Source of the DNA: Octopus sinensis
Lineage: Eukaryota
DNA: 64,000 bases
Reading direction: 5' to 3'
NCBI RefSeq assembly: GCF_006345805.1
Contig: NC_043024.1
Coordinates: 4,216,001 to 4,280,000, forward strand
Below, one piece after another: positions 23,851-35,830 of this stretch. The notes under the pieces are model-generated. The model was given only the letters and a program-made list of their open reading frames with translations. It made no database searches and was not told the origin of the DNA. A program made the translations under genes and the position numbers. Within the stretch, counting starts at the first letter, position 1. Each line of letters starts with the position of its first letter.

Positions 23851-24228
23851 TGTGTGTAAGTTTATATGTATGTATCCGTCTATATAATAGGTAACTGCAC
23901 GTACATATACTTAATATTTATTATTTATTTTTTGAGTATGCATGTATGAATAACTGCGCGTATATATATTTTACTATTTACTTATTTTTTGAGTATGCAT
24001 GTAAGTATGAATATAAGGAGGCGCGTGTGTGTGTGTGTACGGGTAAGCATAGATATATGTATACTTTTACGCATGTGTGTACTTATGTGTATATATGGAT
24101 GCGCGCGTGTGTGTGTGTGTGTATGGGTACGCATGTACATGTGTATGTGCGTGTATGTGTATATGAGTATGTACGTATGTGTGTGCGTATATTTGTATAT
24201 GTATGTATTATATGTATGTGTGTGTATG

Positions 24229-24295
<67 letters not shown>

Positions 24296-24500
24296 TATGT
24301 ATATATATGCGCGTATATATATGTATGTATGTGGGTGTGTGTATGTGTATAAATGTATGTATGTATGGATGTATGGAGGTATGTATGTGTATGTGTGTAT
24401 ATAATATGTATATGTGTGTATGTGTGTATATATATGTATATATGTGTGTGTGTATATATGTGTATGTATATGTGAATATATATATATGTGTATGTATATG

Positions 24501-24565
<65 letters not shown>

Positions 24566-24980
24566 CATGTTGTATTTGTATGTAGGTGTATATGTATGTG
24601 TGTGTATTTATATTTATTGGTGTATATGTATAGACTAGCCTTCTAAGAGTGTAGACATGAATCTGTAGGTACGCGTACGTATGTGTATATACGTGAATGT
24701 ATGTAGATGTATGTATGTATGAATATAACGCGTGCGTGCGTGTATGTGTATGAGTGTACGAATGAGTGAGTGGATGTGCTAAAGAGTGTGCGTGAGTGAA
24801 TGAGTGCTTGTTTTCCAGTAGACAGATAAATGGATTGGCTGTCATAGCCAAGATGTTTGTGACCAAGCGGCCAAAGATAACAAAAGTAATAAACGAAGAT
24901 AATAAAATTAAAATTAGGGAATGGGTCTGTATTTGTATGTGTATATATATGTGTGTATGTGTAGGTATGCATAGGTACAC

Positions 24981-25020
<40 letters not shown>

Positions 25021-25648
25021 ATGTATGTATGTGTGTGTATATATGTGTGTATGTGTATATATGTGTATATAGGGACTAATGTGCTATGTGTGCATGTGTG
25101 TGTGTGGATATGTGTATGTATGTGTGTATGTGAGTATGTGTGTGTATGTGTATATAAATTTTTCTGTGTGTATATGTATACATATATGTGTATGTGTAGA
25201 TATGTATATGTATGTGTAAATGTATATATATGTATATATATATGTGTGTGTATGTATGTGTATGTATATATGTTCGTATGTGTGTGTATATATGTATACA
25301 TATGTGCATAGGTATAAGTGAGAATCTCCTTATTTACCTAAAACTCTTTTCCCCTTTTTTTATATATATATATTTTTTTATATATATATATATATTTTTT
25401 TTAATTTTTTAATTTTTTTATTTTATTTATTTTTATATTCTTCTATCTAATTTAACACTGACTCCTTGACCACTCCCCCAAGTATGATATTTTGCGCTAT
25501 GCCTACCCCCAAAAAGTCCCCCACCAACACCCCTTTAAACCTGCCTAAATGTATAAATGCCAATACAATTCTTGTTAACTAGCTTCCTGAAGATTTCTCT
25601 TGAATGAAACAGTTCTAGTCCTGTAGAAGCTCCTTGTATATAATAAAT
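21935..25648 (+). repeat. Right arm of the inverted repeat (contains an extra ~685-bp tandem duplication, 23165-24550)
   Basis: Reverse complement of 17379-20328; block GTAAGTTTATATGTATGTATCCGTC occurs at 23171 and 23856 but once in the left arm. Confidence 0.9.
25581..25631 (+). ncRNA. Type I hammerhead ribozyme motif, family A (predicted cleavage after A25625)
   Basis: Stem I AGCUUC/GAAGCU, core CUGAAGA 25587-25593, stem II UUC/GAA, GAA, stem III ACAG/CUGU, GUA triplet. Confidence 0.75.
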
Positions 25649-25786
25649 ATATATATAATGGTAAGCTTTATGAAAATAGACAAAAGACGAAGGCAGGTTT
25701 ACGGAAATAAAGAAAAGACGAAGGCAGGTGGAATACAAACAAACAATTGTATTAGTATGGCGCTCAGGAAATATAAATGAAACAAG

Positions 25787-25824
25787 TCTTTAACGTTTCG
25801 AGCCTACGCTCTTCAACAGAAAGA
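25787..25824 (-). ncRNA. Minimal type I hammerhead motif, family C (variant core CUGUUGA)
   Basis: UCUUU-CUGUUGA-A-GAGC-GUAG-GCUC-GAAAC-GUU-AAAGA. Confidence 0.6.
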
Positions 25825-26094
25825 TACACAGAGAAAAAAAACACAGAAAGAAGGAGAGAAAAAAATATGCGTGCAAAAGCTAGCGAATCAACATGGTGAT
25901 CTGATTTCGGCCAGAAGTCAAAGATCAAACATGAGACGCAAGAGCGAAATTAGGGGAGATAATAGGGTTGAATGACCCCCGCTCAAACATAAGAGTGTGT
26001 GTGTGTGTATGAGAGAGTATTAGTGCGTATGAGAGGTCTAGACATGTGTATGTATATATGATGTGATGTGTTAAGTCGTATGGTGTAGTGTAGA

Positions 26095-26378
26095 GAGAGG
26101 AGAGAGGAGAGAGGAGAAGAGGGGAGGGGAGTAGGAGAAGAGGAGGGGGAGAAGGAAGGAGAGGAGAAGGGGAGGGGGAGAAGGAGAGGGGAGGGGAAGA
26201 GGGAGGAGAGAGAGAAGGGGAGTGAGGGAGCAGAGGGAGGGGGAAGAGGGAAGAAGGAGGGAGGGAGAAAGAGGGAAGAGGAGTAGGGGTGAAAGGATGA
26301 AGGACTGAAGAGAAGTAGGGGTCGGAGGGAGGTTAGATGAGGAGGGGGGAGAGGGGGTTTAGATGAGGAGGGGGGAGA
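26095..26378 (+). repeat. Polypurine (GA-rich) tract
   Basis: ~280 bp almost purely G/A. Confidence 0.9.
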
Positions 26379-26530
26379 GTTGAGACCAAATGGCATATAA
26401 GAGCGAAAAGAGAAGATTAATTCCTGTTTACGGCGCAAACGGGAATCTGGATGGCCTCTGTGTAAGGACAAACCGAACACAGACAGGTGTTGCAAGGAGT
26501 GACCACTTGCATGGAACCTAACAAGCAAAG

Positions 26531-26591
26531 CAGGCTGTTCCGTTGATCGGATCAGCTGGGACCCCCGTCGTCGTAACTGACGGAGTGCTCC
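26531..26591 (+). mobile_element. Isolated S3a-type 3' tail
   Basis: GCAGGCTGTTCCGTTGATC...GTCGTAACTGACGGAGTGC matches the reverse complement of 365-428. Confidence 0.75.
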
Positions 26592-26597
26592 TTTTTA

Positions 26598-27148
26598 TAT
26601 ATATACACACATACATATATACTTACACACACACACATATATATACACACACACACATATATACATATACATACATATGCATACATGCGCTCACACATAT
26701 ATATGCACACACACACACACACATATATACATATACAGACACACGCACACATATATATGCACACACACACATATACATATACATACAGATGCACACACAC
26801 ACACACATATATACATATGCATACACATGCACACACACACATATACATATACAGACACACGAACACACATACATACACATATATACGCACACACACATAT
26901 ACATATAGATGCACACAGACATATACATATGCATACACATGCACACACACACACAAATATATACATATACAGACACATGCACACATATATATACACACAC
27001 ACACATATACATATACGTACAGATGCACACACACACATATACATATGCATACATGTGCACATACACACACATATATACATATACAGACACACGCACACAT
27101 ATACATATACATGAACACACATATATATGCACACACATACACACAGCT
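26598..27148. repeat. (CA)n/(TACA)n compound microsatellite
   Basis: Direct reading. Confidence 0.95.
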
Positions 27149-27409
27149 AATGATGTAACATAAGTGCAGTGTGTATAAAACTTGTTCAATCATATTCTCC
27201 CAGTTGCCATCTTCTCTATTAAACTGTTAAATTGACCTCTGCAAAGGTCACCGAAAGGTCAACTTTGTCATTTCATCATCAATGAGTTGATCTTTCTGCA
27301 AAACGAACCCCACCAGCCCTACACCTGCTCCTACCCCACCCTCGCTCCCTTTCAAAAAAACCCCAAAATGTCAACGAAAAAAAGACAAATTTCAAATTAT
27401 TTTGCTAAC

Positions 27410-27535
27410 CATGTTGCTGATGCTGTTGTTGTTGTATTTGTTGTTGCTGCTGTTGTTGTTGTGTTTTTGCTGTTTTCGTTATTGCTGCTGTTGTTGTTGT
27501 ATTTGTTGTTGCTGCTGCTGTTTTTGTTGTTGTCT
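27410..27535. repeat. Imperfect (GTT/GCT)n trinucleotide repeat
   Basis: Direct reading. Confidence 0.9.
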
Positions 27536-27607
27536 TGTCTATTCTGCACTTGACACAGTTAGTCCTTAATGCTTGTTCTTAAGCTGCACATATAAGTGCT
27601 TATATCT

Positions 27608-28190
27608 CTCATCATCATCATTGTTCGACCGTGGTTGAAACAATGGAATTTACCATGCTACGCCAGACTTCACGGTCCATCATGGCATTACGGAGGTCCT
27701 GTTGCTGGATGCCTGTATCCCTGGAGATTACATCAGGGTAGGAGAGTGTGCACCCTCTGGTATTGCGAGTAGATGGCTTCCAGAGGAGAAGAGTAGAAAT
27801 TGCCTCGTTTTCAGCTCTACAACAATGTCCAGCAAACTGGACTCTTCTACCTTTCACAAGAGATGACACAGGTGGTAGTTTCCCATATATTTGGATTTTG
27901 GTTGGATGACGCTTCCACGAGAGATTTTGAGCTCTCATAAGGAAGCGAGTGTAGGTTCCATCCAACCGCCTCTCAAGTTTCTTTGATAACGTCCAGGTTT
28001 CTGAGCCATAGAGTAGAATTGGTTCGACTGCGGCTTTGAAGATTTCAAATTTGAAGTCTCTACTTAGATTTGATGACCAGATCTTATGCATGTCATTACA
28101 GGCTGACCAGGCCATACCCTTTCTAGTTAGAAAATCTTTTCCAGATGATAATATGTATGACCCAAGAATATTTGTAATCAGAAACCATAT
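27608..28190 (-). mobile_element. 5'-truncated RTE-clade LINE of a second family (RT C-terminus, (GAT)n tail)
   Basis: ILLYGSETWTL, FAGHCCR, AMMDREVWR motifs, then TGATGATGAT. Confidence 0.8.
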
Positions 28191-29497
28191 TTAAGGGCGC
28201 ATTGTTGAGGTCACTCCTCCTCATCCATAGCCACCGGTCTTCTCTATCTTTCTTGGTGTTTGTATCTCTTGCAAACTGACTGTAGATTTCTTTCCCTTCC
28301 ATGCTGTTTCTTTTTTTCCTGTTCATTTCCTCTTTAAATATTTCTTTCATTAAACAATTCTCAGTTTTGATTATGCCAGCCTTCTTTGCAGGTTCCAACA
28401 ATGGCTCCACTGTATTTTTTACATACCCCACTAAGCTGTTTTCCTCTGCTTTGATACAATCCTGGCAACTGATCAAGCCTCTCCCACCCTTTCCTCTGGA
28501 CAGGTACAGCCTATCGGTGTCACTCTTAAGGTGGAAGGCTCCGTGTACAGTCAACCTTTTTCTTGTCTTTGTATCCATTTTCTTCAGTTCTTTCTTTTGC
28601 CATTTTATAATTCCAGCTCCGTACCGAAGTGATGCTATTGCCTATGTGTTTTTTCCATCCAGTCAATTTTGAGTGCAACACCAATCTTAGTCTTTGGAAA
28701 TATTCCACCATCGGTAGCTCTTTCATTTCCTTCTCCATTATCTCGTTGAACTCTTGTACACCAAGTTATTCATAGCCTTCCATTTCATTTGTTTAATCAG
28801 TTCTCTATCCAGTAATTCTGTCCCTGCTAGGGAGGGTACCTTGTCTCTTTTTAGGTAGATTATTCCACATTTCTTGACTTCAAATTCCATTCTAATATCA
28901 GCACTAAAATAGTGAACTGTGTTCACCATGGGACTCACTTGTGCCTCATCCTTGTCATACAGTTTCAAATCCTCCATAAAGAGGAGATGGGTGAATGTTC
29001 GGAATTTTCCCTTTAGCTGATGTCCAAGGTTTATTTACTTGAGTACCACGGCTAAGGGGATCATGCAGAGAACAAAAAGCAACAGAGATAAACTATCACC
29101 TTGGAAAATACCTCTTCTGACGCCCAGGGTGCCCAATATTTTTCTATAAGATGTCAGTTCAGTTTTCCACCCACCATACTTTTCTTCAGGAAACATGTTC
29201 CATTCCTCAAAATTCCAGACAGAGATGGAATCATATCATAAGCTTTGCAATAGTCAATCCAAGTCATTCCTTCTCTTTTAATTGTTTCAGTCATTTGACT
29301 GCAGCCATGCTGGAGCACCGCCTTTAGTCGAGCAACTCGACCCCGGGACTTATTCTTTTGTAAGCCCAGTACTTATTCTATCGGTCTCTTTTGCCGAACT
29401 GCTAAGTAACGGGGACATAAACACACCAGCATCGGTTGTCAAGCAATGCTAGGGGGACAAACACACTCACACAAACACGCATATATATATATATATA

Positions 29498-29893
29498 CTA
29501 GCAGTATCGCCCGGCGTTGCTTGAGTTGTAAGGGAAATAACTATATAAGCATTTTTAGAGAGTTATAGCCAAAAAATAGCAAAAAAATGCATTAAAAATT
29601 GAAAAAAAATTAAGGTAAATTTTTTTTTTAAATCGTTGACACATCGTAGATATTTTTAGAGAGTTACTTCCCTTATATAAAAGCGAAAAAAATGCATTAA
29701 AATGGAAAAATATGATGGTAAATTTTTTTTAAATCGTAGACTCATCGTAGACGCGCGCTAATACCCGGAAGGGCTCGATATGAATCACGACTATAAGATA
29801 CCCGCTTTTGGTTAAACTGCACCGCAAAATGTGGGAGTAGTTACGAATCTAAATCGTAGGAGACAGACACACAACTTCACTCTTATATAAAGA
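29498..29893 (-). mobile_element. Non-autonomous Helitron-type element
   Basis: Minus strand A|TC...GCAACGCCGGGCGATACTGCTAG|T: 5' TC, subterminal GC-rich hairpin, CTAG 3' end, AT target, no TSD. Confidence 0.75.
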
Positions 29894-29894
29894 T

Positions 29895-30219
29895 GCTTTT
29901 TCTTTTCAGTCATAGAGTTAGATTTATGAAGGTCTTCAGTAGAAAATCCTTCGAATTCTGACTCGCTGCTTGATATAATGGAATTCGTATCCATTTTTTG
30001 TCAGAATTACAAATTTTGAAAACACAATAGGAACAAATTTCGGAAAAAAATCTCCCATAATTCACAGAATTAAAATTACACTTCGATTTTTGTACAAAAC
30101 TGTATTTGAAGTGTTTACGAAGTATAATACATGTTTTCACGAATGTACTAAAGAGATTTACTCTGATATTCTCATTTAAATATGAATAGGTAAATTCGGG
30201 CGGTTTGGTAACGAAAGGG
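29895..30219 (-). pseudogene. Left end and transposase start of a piggyBac-like element
   Basis: Terminus CCCTTTCGTTACCAAACCG resembles the MITE TIR CCCTTTTGTTACCAACCCG; downstream MDTNSIISSSESEFEGFSTEDL is an acidic N-terminus of the kind seen in piggyBac transposases. Confidence 0.5.
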
Positions 30220-30539
30220 TTTATATAAGTGTCATCTGTTTATACATAAACGCTGTTTCATACTTTCAGTTTAGTCTTCCTCAAATCACTCTGTCGCTAT
30301 TTACTCTCTTCCAAGAACATTTTCACTCACTCTTATCTCTTAGCTTGCCATACATTTTACTCATGTATCTATCAGCGAGATAGACAGAAACAAATATTAC
30401 ATCTAGTTTCACTTTATTCGTTGCACACTGTGTGTGTGCGTTTGCGTGTGCTGTAAACCAGACTAAGAAAAGCATTTGACATACACACCAGAATGTGAGT
30501 TTTCTGTAAATTTTGCTTAATTAGAGTTTAAATTTTAAA

Positions 30540-30673
30540 AACTGGACCTGGCAAAACCCGATGCATTCTACTCTTAAAAATGCTAGGTAAATTGTAATTG
30601 AAGAAATCCTATATTGTAGATTTCTATAACTGACAAAGGGAGGCAGATAAAATCTGCCTTTTATAATAAGAGA
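30540..30673 (-). mobile_element. Probable 5' end of a second Helitron-type element
   Basis: A|TCTCTTATTATAAAAGGCAG start in (TA)n; 3' end not located. Confidence 0.4.
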
Positions 30674-31750
30674 TATATATATACATACATATATACGACG
30701 GGCTTCTTTCAGTTTCTGTCTACCAAATCCACTCACAAGGCTTTGGTCGGCCCGAGGCTATAGTAGAAGACACTTGCCCAAGGTGCCACGCAGTGGGACT
30801 GAACCCGGAACCATGTGGTTGGTAAACAAGCTACTTACCACACAGCCACTCCTTTTGTTTACAATCTTGCATTACCATTTTGTCTATCAATAATTGATCT
30901 TTGGTACCATCTCCTTCTACAGCCTTTTTGTTTCATTGGTAATATATAACTCTCATCAACATATTTTTCCACATTAATGAGAAGCAGGGAATTGGGCTGT
31001 AATTGTTGTCAGCATTTTTTTTTTGATGCATCCTTCAGACACAACACCGTTCATCCTTTTGTCGACCAGTCCGGGATTTCTCCTCCATTGATCAATGCAT
31101 TAAATTGCTCTGTGATCAATTTATGGCAACTACTGAACTTTTTTCCAAAATCCTTGTACCCCATCATATCCTGTTGCTTATATTTTAACTCATATTTATA
31201 ATACTGTCTTCTGCGAAGTGGACAGACTCTTTCTGGGGATAAGAAGCTGTTTGTTTCAGGCTGCTGAGCCATCCAACTGTAGCATTATGTGGTTCTTGCT
31301 GACTTTCATCAGCATCAGCGACTAATCTTCCATGTTCTTTATCATCATCTCTTGGTAAAATCTTTTTCGGTCGGTTCTAAATTTGTTTTGCCGGTATTGC
31401 TTAATTTGTTGTTCCAACCTAGTTAGCTTTGCCTTTTTTGCGTGTATGCACTGCTTCAGTTCTTCAGTTACAACATTCAGGCCTTTTGTATCAACACCAT
31501 ACTTCTTCCTCGCCTTTTTCAATTTGTGATCATTCTTCGGTTCTCCATTTCTTTTCCTGACAAGTATTGACACTGCACTGTTCAAGGAGTTTATATCTTC
31601 TGAAATTCTCCTTTTCTACCAACGTTGTTTATTTCCTCTTCTGTCATTCTTCTATTCTCAGTAGTCCTCAATCTCACCCTTTCTGTCACAATCCTACAAG
31701 CAGCCTTGATGAGATTATTTGTTTGTGAGCTATTCTTTGTCTCAACACAA

Positions 31751-32395
31751 AGGCGGTGAGCTGGCAGAAACAGCACGCCGGGCAAAATGCTTGGCAGTAT
31801 TTCGTCTGCAGCTACGTTCTGAGTTCAAATTCCGCTGAGGTCGACTTTGCTTTTCATCCTTTCGGGGTCGATAAATTAAGTACCAGTTAAGCACTGGGGT
31901 CGATGTAATCGACTTAATCCCTTTGTCTGTCCTTGTTTGTCCCCTTTATGTCTAGCCTCTTGTGGGCAATAAAGAAATAAGAAACGTTAGCATGCTGGGT
32001 GAAATGCTTAGTGGTATTTCGTCTGTCTTTACATTCTGAGTTCAAATTCTGCCAAGGTCGACTTTGCCTTTCATCCTTTCGAGGTTGATAAATTAAGTAT
32101 CAGTTGTGTACTGGAGTCAATCTAATTGGCAGTCCAGTCCCTGCAAATTTCAGGCCTTGTGACTAGAGTAGAAAAGAAATATTTAAGGTGGTGAGCTGGC
32201 AGAAAAGTCAGCATGCCGGGCGAAATGCTTAGCAGTGTTTTGTCTGTTATTACATTCTGAGTTCAAAATCTGCCGAAGTCAACTTTGCCTTTCATCCTTC
32301 CGAGGTCAATAAATTCAGTACGAGTTGTGCACTGGGGTCGATCTAATCGACTGGCTCCTTCCCCAGAAATTTCAGGCCTTGTGCCTAGAGTAGAA
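31751..32395 (+). mobile_element. Three S2-type SINEs head to tail (two with an alternative tail)
   Basis: TTCTGAGTTCAAA recurs at ~31818, ~32035 and ~32256; tails AATAAAGAAATA versus CAGGCCTTGTG.CTAGAGTAGAAA. Confidence 0.8.
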
Positions 32396-34090
32396 ATGAC
32401 TGTCTCAATACATTATTGACTTTACTCATCTCTTCATTTAGTCTCCATTTTAAATTTAAATAATTTAAATGTTAGATTTTATATATTACATTAATTATGT
32501 TTATTTTTATGTTTTTCATTGTTTGATTAGCCTAATAGTGATTTTATCTCCATTTTAATTTACATATATATACATACATCATAATAATAATTTGAGGGAA
32601 TATTATTCCTAACTTACAGGGAAAAATTCAATCTAGAAATACTAAATCATATTTCACAAAATATAATATATATATATAAATAAATTAGAAAAAACCACCT
32701 TTTATCAATTCAAAATGAACAATTAAATTACACCATCTAGAAAATTACATATATTAGAGATATTAAAAATAAAATAACAATAATATACCGATGATTAAGT
32801 AATGTGCAAAATTCTTAAAGTCGCACACAAATTCTGACCCTTCTCTATTGAATAGATACAAAATCCTGTTTATTATTAATTGGTCTTCGTTGTTTAAGTA
32901 GTCACTGATTTTGATTCTGTCACACTTCACTGTAGTATATTCCTACGAATGCTTATCCATTGCTTCCACCATACCACATATGTTTCTTATATGCCCAGCA
33001 TCACCCAATTTCCTTCTTTTAATAGATTCTAGCTCCATCGCTCTTAACCATCCATTCTTTCATATCGCTCTTGCTTGGTCTCATAATCTTTCTTCAGTAA
33101 TTTCAAACAGATCCATTGCCTTCCAATTCTGACGATACACCTGTGGCATAAAAAGGTATTATAAAAGGAGAAAGAGGCTCTCAATCACCAGGCTCCCATA
33201 GCTTTTATGGGTTTTCCCACGAGTAACCTTTCAAAGCGACTCCACCTATTGGGAATTTCAATTGTTATATTTTCGTAGTTATCTCTGGGATTTTTACACG
33301 GTTTTTTGCAAAACATTTTATGAAGAAATTGTCTTAAAATCTCTCATCAACGCCATTTTTCTATCTCGAACGAATCAAAAGGTCTCAAGGGGAATAACTC
33401 AATCAGGTTATTACCTCCCCTATTATTCTGCTAATCCTGTTCTTTTAAAAGAATTATTATTCTATATCTTTATTAATTTCCCCTTTTCTTTCATTAAATT
33501 TCAATTCCAGATCCGGTTGTATTCTAAGAAAGCTGGTTCCAATCAAGTGATCCCGGGTTCGATCTCACTACATGGGAACTTGGACCAGTGTCTTCTACAA
33601 TATAAATATCTATATCTATATATCAACTAAGGTATTTATTGATATGCTGGCTATTGATAAAATTTGTTTTCAAAAAAAAATTTTATCCTACATTAGTTGT
33701 AAATTTAATGGTGTTCACTTCTGGATTCTCTCACTCTGAGAAAGTTTCTAGTTCGAATCACACATGTCTCGAGATGTGCCGAAGATTTTCTATTTTGGAT
33801 ATATTTGGGGTACTTAGGTCTGCTCAGGACTTGGTGCTTACTTTTTCCATGGGTATGAGTATTTCATTTATGTCTTACGTATTTATCGCTGGGGAGGAGA
33901 AAATTCTTATGAATTAACCCCGAAATTGGGACCAATACGGTAATAACGGATTTTTTAGAAATTTCTATCGGCTTGTTTCAAGACACATAAATTATAATGG
34001 TTATTGACAATTTTGTCTTTTTTAGGCATATTTGGCATTAGAATTTTTCTTTTGCCCTTATTTTATAAGTTATTTATATCTATCTATCTA

Positions 34091-34133
<43 letters not shown>

Positions 34134-34335
34134 GTATATATATATATATATATATATACTTTATTTAAAGCAGCAGAAAATTCCACAAAACATCGTGCAG
34201 GGGTTTGGTATGATAAACATAAAGAAGTTATTATGCACGTACGCTGCGAAATATATAATAAACCTTTACATAAATAAATAACATGAAATACACGAAGAGA
34301 CGAACAAAAAGACAAACGGGTCATTCAAAGCCTCT

Positions 34336-34529
34336 CAAGACCCAAAATAACGTGGTGGTGGAACAATATTGTTGACAGGGCTATTAGAGAAAAGAAACAG
34401 GCTTGGAAGGACTGGAAGAACAGTGGTAGCAGGGAATTGTATCAGACAGCCAGAAGGGAAGCTAGGAGACAGGTTTATTTAGCCAGAGAGGAAGCGGATA
34501 AGAAAAAATTTGCCAATGTTCTGCGCCGT
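34336..34529 (+). mobile_element. Internal RTE fragment
   Basis: PKITWWWNNIVDRAI region, matches 62725-62910. Confidence 0.85.
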
Positions 34530-35249
34530 ATGTTTCTCTCTCAAGTAGCATTAAATGGAGAATGGATGTGAGCAGAAAGAGAGTAAGTTCCATTCCAGTT
34601 TACAACAATTATAGAATTATTCTCAAACCATAAATGAAGGGTGGAGAGGAGTGAAGGAGGAGTCATGTTTCCTCTGAGAGGTTACAGAAGTATTATTACA
34701 CTGTTGTTAGAATAGCTGTGGAAAATGTAAGTTGGAATCAAATTTGATGCTAAATTCTTTTATAGTCATGTTCCCAATGAAATATACATAATCAATTTGA
34801 ACAGTCTTAGTAAAATAACTACTTTCTTTAATTATTAATCAGGTGTTTGGATCAACAAAATTATGAGATAAAGGTGAGAAGGTCAGTAGGGTGTCTATCT
34901 GCTTGTAACTATGTAGACTATGCCTTGTTATGGTTTATGTTAGGGTTAGAGCTATGGTCTAGAATTGGCAAGAGATAGCATACTAAATTGTAAATGGCCA
35001 CGTTTACTGTATGCTAAACTGGCACTAGAGATTTAATGAAACAGTTTACCTATCAGAATTTAAGTCATGAAAGGGTTAGTTAGCATTGTCAACACACTTC
35101 ACATTTCTCTGTTTCTGTGGGCAATGAAATAAAATACTAGATAAGGAGTGGGTCAATATAGTTGACATTATTTCCTCCTATAAAATTTTTGGCTATGTAC
35201 CTTTGTTAGAAATTCTTATTTGTATTAATATAAAGTGCGAGCAAGAGAA

Positions 35250-35830
35250 CATCTGTAGGCTTTCCTAAACTGTTAATGTGAATGTAGATGATGTCTTTTT
35301 TCAACTTGTGTAAATTAATGTCTGATGAGAATGTGATTCCATGTAGAAGCTGCCATTCTGGAGATAAATGATTGGATAAAATATTTAGTAAAAGGTTCTA
35401 GCTGTGAGACATGTTAAAGATGATGATATGGTATACAGCTTACTAATTCACAGGAATAGTAGTGGGTGTTAGGGGTTTTTTGCCCCATGTTTTATTTGAA
35501 CAATTTGGCTGGATAAAGGGGGCTGTATCCTTGCCTTTTGCATTCCATCTGAGACAAAAGGCAAGAGCTGTGCCTTCAAAACTGGTAAGATTGACGTAGT
35601 TGATCTTGAATAAAATGTGTGGATGGCTGCAGAGGAAATAACATAGGCAAGGGAATTTCAGAAGGCTGACAATCTGGTAAGAAAGAATTTAATGCTTAGT
35701 TTGCAGGTGAATTACATGCTATGTGATCTTCGAGCCTTTTGTCGCCAGATGCTGTAACATGGCTTGTATCCAATATAGTAGTACCACCACTATTGCGATA
35801 AAATGGCCTAAAATATGTGGTACCAGTGTG
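35250..35830 (-). pseudogene. Possible heavily decayed PLE endonuclease region
   Basis: Only scattered motif-like fragments (CISCSH-like); no continuous frame. Confidence 0.25.

Larger units (their letters stand above)
25652..26528 (-). mobile_element. PLE family C: GIY-YIG C-terminal fragment plus 3' region with hammerhead
   Basis: RFHASGHSLQHLSVFGL...KQELIFSFRSYMPFGLN is a PLE endonuclease C-terminus; 25652-25915 matches 60654-60871. Confidence 0.8.
29272..30853 (-). mobile_element. SINE S1 (tail 29272-29490, head 30680-30853) opened by ~1.2 kb of nested insertions in its central (TA)n
   Basis: The two halves are colinear with full S1 copies. Confidence 0.8.
28190..33140 (-). pseudogene. 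Fragmented early-branching non-LTR retrotransposon (R4/Dong- or NeSL-like); pieces at 28190-29270, 30854-31755 and 32830-33140
   Basis: N-term LFEITEERL*DQARAI*KNGWL; RQNKF; EIPDWSTKG; WIDYCKAYD; RRGIFQGDSLS; HLLFMEDLKLY; DRLYLSRGKGGRGL. Frames join across the inserted elements. Confidence 0.7.

Noticed and set aside
33150-34050. Possible further retroelement coding relics
   Set aside because: Only short ambiguous peptides; not assignable without a search.
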